Below, piece after piece: positions 49,801 through 60,500 of a stretch of 64,000 nt of DNA; position 1 is the stretch's first letter; each line of letters begins with the position of its first letter. This DNA is from Vicugna vicugna. Lineage: Eukaryota. The stretch covers positions 4,423,648 to 4,487,647 of the forward strand of contig MU058718.1 in assembly GCA_013265495.1 (NCBI GenBank), given 5' to 3'. The notes beneath the pieces were generated by a model. That model had not been told where the DNA came from and made no database searches. It worked only from the letters and a program-made list of their open reading frames with translations. The position numbers and the translations under genes were made by a program.

Positions 49801-51169
49801 GCTTTATATATAACTGAAAACTAGTGGGTTGCTTCTAGATTACTTGCAATAACATATTTGTATTTGACTTTAACCGGGACAGATTTCCAATCTGTCAATC
49901 TTATTTATCTAGAGGCCTGATGAGAAGTTCAACTGAGATAAAAGATAGGAAAACACTTAGCAGAATATAATTCCTGTGGTAATATAAAGTTCTTATTTTG
50001 TATTTTACTGAGTGAAAGTTACAAGAGGCAGAGTATATAGCTCTTTAACAGAAGCAAAATCATTATAATATTAGAGCTCTTCCAAAAGGGCCTTCTCTGA
50101 GAGGAGTGAGTCCCCTGTCACTCAGGGTGTTTGAGCAGAGTCAGAATGATGGTGTAGAAGTTGTAGCTGGTGTCCTGCTAGGTTGAATGTAGTCTACAGA
50201 CTTTTAGTTTTTCCCCTTTGAGGTGTTAAATACATTTTAAATTAATTTCCAATATTTAAAAGTTAGTAGATTTCTTATAAAAGGCTAGATTTTTAAGTTC
50301 TCTTGAACAATCAGATCTGGTGATACTGCGCCTGAATTCTCACCTGACACAACTCTACTGCAGTGGTCACCCACCTTGTGCAGCGTATGCGTGCACACCC
50401 TCACTTAGACTTTGTCCGCTTCAGCTGGCCGCTGCCTTGATATGTAGTATTACCTTCCTGGAGCCTGTAAGCATTTGAGTTTGCTACCTCTGGGGGAGTT
50501 AAAGTCATTGCCTTCTGATCTTGAGATTCCATGACGATTTCAAGAAGAAGTGTAAGGATTAAGATTTTAGTCCCAGTGTGCCTGTGTGAATCAGGTGCCA
50601 AGGCCACGTTTGCCGGCTGGGAGTTGCCAGCGGGGAGCCCTTGCCGTGTACCTGCCGTGTACCTGCTCTTCCTGTTGAAGTGATCCTGGGGAAAGTGCTG
50701 GTCACACCACAGAGAATACAAGCCCTCATCAAGCCAGCTCACTTCTAAGTGAATGCTTTTAGTGCTAGTTTGTGACTTTGCATAGCATGGGAGGGGTTTG
50801 GGGGACTATAAAGCATAATTGCTGTTGTCTTGGTGTTTTAGTTTAATATATGCCTCAAAATTACTACTTTGGAATGAGAGGTATAATCAAGGAAACTGGC
50901 CCTGAGTATTACCATTCATTTCAGTTTAGCCAAGAGATCACCATTGTAATGTCTCAAATAATCTTCCATTTAAATTGTCCCATTTTCTCTAAATTGAACT
51001 GTTTGTGTATGTTTAGTACACCAACAGACTGGTATGAGGTGTCATAAAGTACAGTAAAGTAAAATAATCATTTTCAGATTAGGATTATAAATTATTTTTC
51101 TCTTAAAATACCTCCAAGGTAAAGTTCAGAGGGCTGTATTCTGGTGGTAATCAATGGATTCAGCAACAG

Positions 51170-51209
<40 letters not shown>

Positions 51210-54200
51210 TACTGTTTTGGGGATAAATAAATACAAGTAGGTCTCTACAAGATCGTCCTGTCCCAAAAGGATTTATGCTGACCTATTGCCTTCCCACCGT
51301 TGCCTAGTTTATCATATAATTTTTTTAGGATAGAGATTTGCTGGGATTTCATTACTGTTTCTCTCTTTCACTGGTACCGGGGATGTGACTTGTGTTTTCT
51401 GAGCCCAGTGCTATTAGAGTTCCTAGAATCCCTAGACTTTTTCTTGGGAAAATAGGTACTGCCAGGCCTTCCTCTTTCTGTCTTTGCACCTTATATTCTG
51501 TGAATCAAGGATAGAAGACGTTAGTTTTAATTTCTGAAGAACCAGTTTAATAGGTATTTCTATGATGCTTTGGTTTATGGCTGGGTATATAATTGAAATC
51601 ATTATACAATTATATCAACTTATTTCCTTCCTGTGATAACAGCAAAATTGTGACTTGACACTGGCACCTGTTTTGGGGATGGCCTCAGGCTAGTCACGTA
51701 ACACCTGAACCTCATTTTCTCTTTTGTAAAATGAAGAAAATAGAATCTACCAATATGATGGTTTGGGTTTCTTTCTTCAGGGTTTAATATTAAAATCTAT
51801 CTGATATATTTACATGTTTCCCTTAGGAGCAAAGTTCACTATTACCTACTGCAGTGTTTGCAATGACTTTATAGAATATAATTACAGAAAATAACAAGAA
51901 TCAACTCTAACAAGATACGGACACATATCGAGAGTTTCTTTTTATGTGTGAATATGTACATCTACATATATTCCCTTTTTTAGGACACTAAAAATGGACA
52001 CATACTGTACATTGCTTTGTAAACTGCCTCTTCATTTAATGATATGCAGTCAATATTTTCCGTTACCATGAAATACTCTTTTTGTTACATGATTTGTGAC
52101 ATTCGGCACATATATTTTGTGAGCACATGCTATATTGCCAGGCTCTGGGTTAGGTGCTGGATAGGCGAGATAGACATTAAACCATCAGCCAAATAATTAA
52201 CTGATTATAATGGAAAAGAATCTGAAAAAAAAAAAAGAATGTGTATAACTGAATCGCTTTGCTGTACACCTGAAACGAACACTGTATATCAACTACACTT
52301 CAATAAAAAATTGAAAAACACAACAACAAATAATCAGCTGATTACCAATTTGATATGTTCTATAAAGGAAAGTGCAGGGTCCTACAAGTGTGTGTAATGG
52401 GGAGATCTGACTTCTTCTGGGATCCTCAGTGGGGTGCCTGTCTAGGATTGTCCATTTGAGCTGGGAACTGTAGGATGGCAGCCAGTGGAAGCAAAAGCAG
52501 TGGAGGCTGGGAGTGCAGATTACTCCAATTTCCTACTGACCCTTTCTTGGCAAGCTTTAGGGTTCCTTTCAAATTTTCACAATTCTAGGATGAAGGTAGA
52601 CACCTTTAATTTCTTAGAACAGATTTCTAGAAGTGGAATTATTTGGTCAAATGACTAGCACTTTTTTTGAGGCTTTTATTAGTTCTTATTCAAATTGATT
52701 ACCTACTTCTCCTACTTTCAACTACATAGGAAATTACTATTTATTCTAATCTTTGCTTTAGTAAGTTTTAAATGATACATAGATTGTCTACTTACTTTAA
52801 ATATTTTGTTTACTGCTTCAGTATTTCTTCCTTTCTCACTTAAGAACATTTAAATAAACTTGTTTGTTTTTTAAGTGCTACAAATAATATGTTTCCATAG
52901 TACAGTTTACATTGATGGGAAAATAACCTCATTAGATAGAAGAAAGCCAAATTTGTAGAATTATCAGAAAAATATCTCCAACAGAATGTAGTTGATAATA
53001 ATTATGTTATAATTATCTAGGGCATACTATGGAAATATTAATTTTTTTGGAGGGCCTTCTAATACATCTGTGAAGACTTCTGCAAAACTAAAACAACTAG
53101 AAGAAGAGAATAAAGATGCCATGTTTGTGTTTGTATCTGATGTTTGGTTGGACCAAGTAGAAGTATTGGAAAAACTTCACACCATGTTTTCTGGTAGGTG
53201 TCATTTTTTCTATTCTTTTTTGAACTTTTATGAGTTCATGTTATCAAGGGTGGGTAACAGGACAGGCTTTGGAGTTTGATAGAACTGGGTTTCAGTTGCA
53301 GCCTGATACCTTGAGCAGGTTACTTAATCTCTCTCTCAGTTTATAGGGATGTTGTGAGATTAACCATGCCATTGCAGGGCCTGGCACAAAATAAGTGTTC
53401 AATAAATTGGCTTTTTTTTTATTATAATAAGCTATTAAAATAAGGTATTGTTTTTAAAATAGTAAGGCTTTATTATTAAAAACTAATGAATTTTTAATTG
53501 ATTTCTAGGCTAAAAAAGTGATGTTCATTTATTCTTTGATTTTTAGGTTATTCACCAGCACCTCCAACCTGCTTTATTTTCTGTGGTAATTTTTTGTCTG
53601 CACCATATGGAAAAAATCAGGTTCAAGCTTTGAAAGGTATTGAGGGTCTATTTATAAGTGTTTCTACATTTATATAAACTAAATTGATAAGAAATAATCT
53701 ATAATATTTTAATCTCATTCAAAAGATGTATGGTTGTATCTAACTATATAAAATTTGATTTATGTGTATTATATGCAAATTAAATTTAATATCCCTTTAA
53801 AATTTTAGATTCCCTAAAAACTTTGGCAGATATAATATGTGAATACCCAAATATTCACCAAAGGTAATGATTTCTACTACTGTATTTTTTTATTCAGTTT
53901 TATTTTAAAACCACAAAAAATGAATCCTAAGTTTTATCAGTGATTATTAAGAAAATGGAAGAAAAAGTTGAGAAAATTAGTACAGCTAAGAGATAAAGTT
54001 ATCCTCATATCACAATAATGTATGTTACACTTTAGTCGCGATTTATATTGAAAAGTAAAAGGGAAGAATGATAATTTCAAGCCTATTTTGAATTTCTTTT
54101 TTTTTTCTTTTTCTTCAGTATATTTTTTCCCCCTTTATTCTGAATTTCTTGGTGACATTACTCTGAAGGTCTAGAGCTGCACTCTTCATTCAATATGATA

Positions 54201-57200
54201 GTTATTGGCCACATGTGTCTCTTTAAAGTTAAATCATTTAAAGTTGAAACTTAAATTTTTAAAATTCACAATTTAATTAAAGACAATAACTTGGTTTTAG
54301 ACTACTGGATAGTGATGCAATAACATTTTTAGAATGAATTATGTTGAATTTTGCTACAGTAGTCGTTTTGTGTTTGTACCTGGCCCAGAGGACCCTGGAT
54401 TTGGTTCCATCTTACCAAGGTAAGTTTCATTCAGATATTTGCAATAGTGAAGAAAATTCTGTAAAATTCAAAAATATATACTATATCACGTAAATTGTTT
54501 TTATAGGCCACCATTTGCTGAAAGCATCACTGATGAATTCAGACAAAGAGTACCATTTTCAGTTTTTACAACTAACCCTTGCAGGTAAATATTAGTATTT
54601 TGTGTTGTATTTTTTTCCCTTTCATTTAAAAATTAACTTGTTTCTTAAAATTTGTCAGAATTTTTATTGTTATGGGATAAAAAGAAAAAATTTCTCTTTA
54701 TTTGAGCTTTCTCAAAACTTTACAAATATTTTAACTATGTTAAAAAAATTCACTAATACTGAATTTAGGAGGTTGAATCATGGATAGAGATTTAAAAATA
54801 GATATTCCAATTACACATCCTTGGAGAAAAGTTACAATGGGAGAATGAAAAGATTACACATTTACCATATGTGTCAGTCACTGTGACCATAGGCTCTTAC
54901 TGAGGGAATACCCTCAGTCTTTGGTTCACCTCTTTTCTACCTCCCATTGACTCATTCACTGACCTTATCTAGTTGAAAGGCTTGAAATACCCTCTATGTA
55001 TTGACGACCCCTACATCCTTCTCCCAGACTCCAGACTCACATATCCAGCTGTCTCCTTATCTCCCCTTGGATGTCTAATAGACAACTTCAGACTGAATTT
55101 CTGACCTTCTTCCCCCATCCGCCCCCACCCTGTTCTGTAGCCTTCCTCGTCCTAGCTCGTGGCACCTATATCCTTCCAGTCGCTCAGCCCAAACTTTGGG
55201 GTTTCTCTCCACATGCAGGCTTTCAGGGAGTCCTTCAAAAATTTGAAGGAGGACTTCAACATATATCCAGAATCTGGCCACCTCTCTATACCCCCGCCTC
55301 TGCGGTCCTCTGCCACCTTCCCTAGCCTGGATTACTGTAACAGCCTCCTCACTGGTCTCTAGCTTCCACCCCTGCCCGTCTGTGGTCTGTCCGTTACACT
55401 GTCGAGTGATCCTTTAAAATGTAAGATGTACCCAGAAGGATGGGACCCCTCATGCTGTTCGGTAACAGCCCCTTATCCTTGCAGTGGTAGCCAGGACCCT
55501 GCATGTGACCCCCTCTTTCCTCTGTGATTTCCTCTCCTACCTCCTCTCCTCATCTGTTGCAGCCACTCCAGCCTCCTTTTATTCTTCAGATGTGCCAGGC
55601 ATGGTTCATCTTAGGGCCTCTGCTCCACCTGTTCCCTCTGCCTGTAGTGTTCTTCCTCTGTATGTCTGCCTGACTCTCTCACCTCCTTCAAATCTGTGCT
55701 CAGATTAAACTTCATTATGAGCCCTACCTGTTCTGATCCTCCTGTCTAGCACTCCAGCCTTCCAGCCCTTCCCTTTCCCCAGAGGATCCCTGTTAACTGT
55801 TTTCTTTTTGCCATATACTTAATCATCTTCGAACACACTATATAGTTATCATGTCTATTGTATATTTTCCCTGATCGCCCTCCCCTAATAGAATGTAAAC
55901 TGCATGAGAGCTGGGATTTTTCTGTTTTGTTCGCGCATCCCTAAAATAGTGCCAGACACATATGAAAAGCTCAGTTAATTGCTGTCAAATGAATGGATGA
56001 ATAGATTCTGGTTGAATTTTTGCTGTGGTGAATGGTGGGAAGTGGGCATGGCTTTGTATTATAAAACATTTTACCTTTAAAATTACCTCATATTGTTCTG
56101 AGGAAGTCAAATTCAACTCCTGTTTTCATTTCAGAATTCAGTATTGTACACAAGAAATTATTGTCTTTCGTGAAGACTTAGTGAATAAAATGTGCAGAAA
56201 CTGTGTCCGTTTTCCTAGTAGCAATTTGGATATTCCTAATCATGTAAGTTTAAATGTCTTCTTTATTAAAGTATCTTACATGTTGCATTGTATAAAATTT
56301 TGTTCAGCCACTTAATCACTTGCCCTTTTGTTGTTTTTATTTATGGTTCAAAATAATTCGAACATACTTCTGTCAGTAAGGAAATTTTGTGTTACTAAGG
56401 TCAGTATTTCTCAGTTTTCTTACTGAGGTGTCTCCTCATGGACAGAGAAAACTCAGAACAAGAAGTAAATTTCTTTGGAGCTTCCCATTTTATTTGTAAA
56501 ACTCATATAAATCTTACATTGTAGTTCTCTGTATATATTTATTTAAATAAAATGTTCATGTTTATCATGTTTATTAAATAATTTCATAGTCTATGCTCAC
56601 ATCAGGAGGATGTGTAGTGTTTATCATGTTAGCTTCAAGATTCCTGGCATCCAAAAAAAAAAAAAAGATTCCTGACATCCAGTTGTCAATCACTGGTTAC
56701 ATGTACTCTCATTTGTGAGGTATGGAAGTAGATCATACAGAGCATTTTTTGTATTTATTGTATAATATTTAAAGTGTAAATATTTAAAATGAGTTCACTA
56801 GGCAGCTAAAAATATATTGTTGCTGCAAAGTGACTATTTGAGGGAGTAACTTTTATGATATTAAATGAAAACTCATAAATTTCTCCTAAAATACAGGATA
56901 GTTAATTTCATTTTATATCAGTGTCCCCAAAGCTCTGTGATTCAGTTTTCCCAGTTGTTTCTCAAATGTTCTAAGTCTCTTTGGTAATTAGTATTTAATT
57001 TGAAATTCTTTGTCGCTGTTTTAGCTTCTACAAGTGAACTGAAGTTTGTTTTGTTCTGTATCGTTCTTTTGTAGTTTGTAAAGACTATCTTATCCCAAGG
57101 ACACCTGACTCCTCTACCTCTTTATGTCTGCCCGGTGTACTGGGCGTATGACTATGCCCTGAGAGTGTACCCTGTGCCCGATCTGCTTGTCATCGCAGAC

Positions 57201-57560
57201 AAATACGATCCTTTTACTTTGACCAATACCGAATGCCTCTGCATAAACCCTGTAAGAACGTAGTTAACATTATGTATCATACTTAAATTTAAAACATGTT
57301 TAATCAGTTACTGTTGAAAATATAAAGGAAACATTGATTTGATTTGGTATAAATACATTCTTAAACTTTCAAAGGAGAGTGTGACTATAAAGTAATGTGA
57401 CTTTTTCTTTTAAAAAAAAATGTACCAAAGGTTATAATTGCAAATGAGTATTTTCCCCTTCAAAGTAACTTACCTTGAGATTCCTTTCTGGAAATTACTT
57501 CCAGAACCTATATCCTATTCTCTTTAAACATACTAATGGTACTTGTCCTTGGAGGATGGT

Positions 57561-57593
<33 letters not shown>

Positions 57594-60500
57594 AAAAAAT
57601 CTAAGTCTGATGAATGTGGAAATTCTTATTGGGACACAATGTACTATTTAATTTTTATGCAGAAACTTGAAATTGCTTCAGAATCCTGTAGTTGCTTCTG
57701 AATTTCTACAAAAGTATGATTGACTTTTTGAAGTTGGGTAATTTTTGCTGCATACACGTTACTGTTTATGTCAAACAAGTATCTTTACTAGTGATTTTTA
57801 ATCTGTATGCTTCCTTGATTCTTGTGAATTTTAAACTTTAGTACTTTGTTTCATCTCGGTCATTTCTGAAACATCCTCCCTCACTATTGGTTACTGCTTT
57901 CCTCAAACACATTAATTTCGTCCAGCTTCCTGTATCACAGAACTATTGACATTTTGGACCAGATGATTCTTTGCTGTGGGGCACTGTCCTGTGCACTGTA
58001 CAGTGTTTATTTAGCAGCATCCCTGGCCTCTGTCCACTAGATGCCAATAGACCCCAGTTGTGACAATGGAAAATATCTCCAGATGTTTGCCAAATGTCTC
58101 CTAGGGCACAAAATTGTCCCTTGTTGGGAATTACTGCTGTAAGGATGAGCATAGTTAACTGATTTGGTTGCACTGTTTTAAATTTGTGGCCTGATTTTGT
58201 AGAATCTTTATTCACATTTCCATATTCTTGTCACAGTGATGTTATTTCCTTATTCAAATTGAACTCTTTGGGTGTTCTCATAGTTAATACTCTGCATATA
58301 CTTCATTTTTGAATTCTTCCACTTTCTCATTCTGTAAATGAATAAACCACCACGTCCTACACCATCATTATATCTTTTTTACCTTATTTATACCTTTTGG
58401 GCAAACCCTAAACTTGCTTTTGACATTGCTTCATCCCTGCTTGATACTTCTTCCCATTAATGAATGCCTGCAGTGGGCCAGGCATTGTGTTAGTGCCAGG
58501 GACACAAGGACTGAAAAGACGGAGTTATCTGCTCAGTAACTTTAGTTTAGTAATGGACAGACAATTGCATGTGTGACTACTGCTCAGTTGCTTTGGGGGC
58601 ACACTGGAGGAATGTTACGGGTTGAAATCAAACCCAGATTTTCACCAGGGAGAAGAGCAGGAAAGATTTCCTGAACGGGATGTTTGAGTGTCTTACATGC
58701 TTTTTTAGCATCACCCAGTACTGTTTATTCCTTACACTAAGTAGAACCACTTCTAAGCATTTCCAGTCACATCTGTTAGCATAAAACTGTCTAGTCAACT
58801 TGAAAGACTTTTTACTTCTAATGCAGATATTTTATAGTGGTATTTTTTCTTTATAAAGATCATGCAAAGCTCTGTCTCGTTACTTTATAGTCACATCTGG
58901 TAACATTTTTAAGTCACAAGCAAGGAATTTGATTAAAAAAATAGGAATTCTTTTATAAAAGTTGAGTATTCACTTATGGGCATTTTTCTCTCCAAAGGGC
59001 TCTTTTCCAAGAAGTGGATTTTCATTCAAAGTTTTTTATCCTTCCAATAAGACAGTAGAAGATAGGTAAGTGTACTCTCAGGAACAGCAAGAAACGGCTG
59101 TCTCTTGGTAGAATATTGCTCAAAATCGGATGTTCTGTAGGTGTGCTGAGATTGTTTAAAATGTCTACAGTAGCCCATTGGAAATGTTCTAGGCTGAACT
59201 TGCTGTGTTCATACTGTGTGACACAGAATTGGACGTAATTGATGGCACGTTTGTATGAAATAGGTAAGAACTATTCTCTGAGAGACTCTCAGACGAGCTG
59301 TGGAGGTGGCTGGTTCTTTCACAGGCTGGCCCCTGGTGGTGATGTTCCTCTGAGAGGTCAGCCTTGCCCTCCACATGGTTGATTCTCAGAACTTAGGTAA
59401 TCTGCCTTAAATTGACAGCAAAGAATTAGGGGGACCGGATTGAGGGTGACGATGGTGAGGGTCTGCGGTGGCGGAGGGGAGGTCTTGGGGAAAAAAAGAA
59501 TCCCCCAGTGGGTAGTGGTTTTCAGAGGCTGTTCTATAGACCACCTGCATTAGAATCCACTGGGGTCCTTGTTAAAAATATCAAGTTCCAGGATCCCACC
59601 CCAGACTCATCAAATGTCTCTCTAGCTGTAGAACCCAGGAATATGCATTGTCAACACTGTTTCCTTTAGATTCAGGCATCCTAATGTGTGGTTTCCTAGC
59701 TAATTGTATTTGGAAAAGCTCCCACCTCCAGTTAAGAACCATAACCAACTAACTACCCTCCGGGTTCTCATTAGAGAATATAATCTTGAACAGCAGCCCA
59801 AGTGTCTTTTTTTTCTTTCTATTACTAATATATTTATTCAAATAAAAATGAATACCAGTATATGATAAAAATTTGAAACTGTTGGAAAGTATAAAATTGA
59901 AAAGGAAAAATACTTCTGCTTTCTAACCCTGAAACCATGACTAACAGTTTCTTATATATATTTCTTGGGAAAAAACCTTATGCATTATTCCTATTCAGTA
60001 CTCATGGAGGACTGAAGTCCATTTACTTTTTGAGATATTCTAAATTTTATTCTTGGATTCACTCATTTGACATTTATTTGACTCACTGTATTCCAGGCAC
60101 TGCTTAGTTTTTGGAGTATAACCAGACAGACACTCTTCATAAAGGTCACCAATATTCTAGATTCTATTCCATAAATCTAACATGTGTTTGACTTTACCTA
60201 GCCCACACTGAATCCTTAAAAAAAAAAAATTGATTTGGAATGACTTTAGCTAAGGGCGAGTGCTCTTACCCAGTCTCACCAGTCCCTGTTGTCAACAGTG
60301 ATTTTGTGACCCCAGGGTTATGTCACCCCTGGAACATATTTTTTCCATCTTTAGGTTGACTTTTACTGAACTGAGATTTGGTATAAACTTACAGACACAG
60401 AAAATTTACTCTGCTATGAAAACCAATAGTGGGCACTTTGAACAGGTCTCAGGACAAGAGAAATCCGTGTTCCAAGCCACTGTTTTTATCTTGGTGAAAC

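Noticed and set aside
41041..50666. Tiny tandem duplications (TGCCAAGAT x2 at 41041; GTTTGGTAAAA x2 near 46929; GCCGTGTACCT x2 at 50643)
   Set aside because: Ordinary slippage-type micro-duplications with no sign of function.
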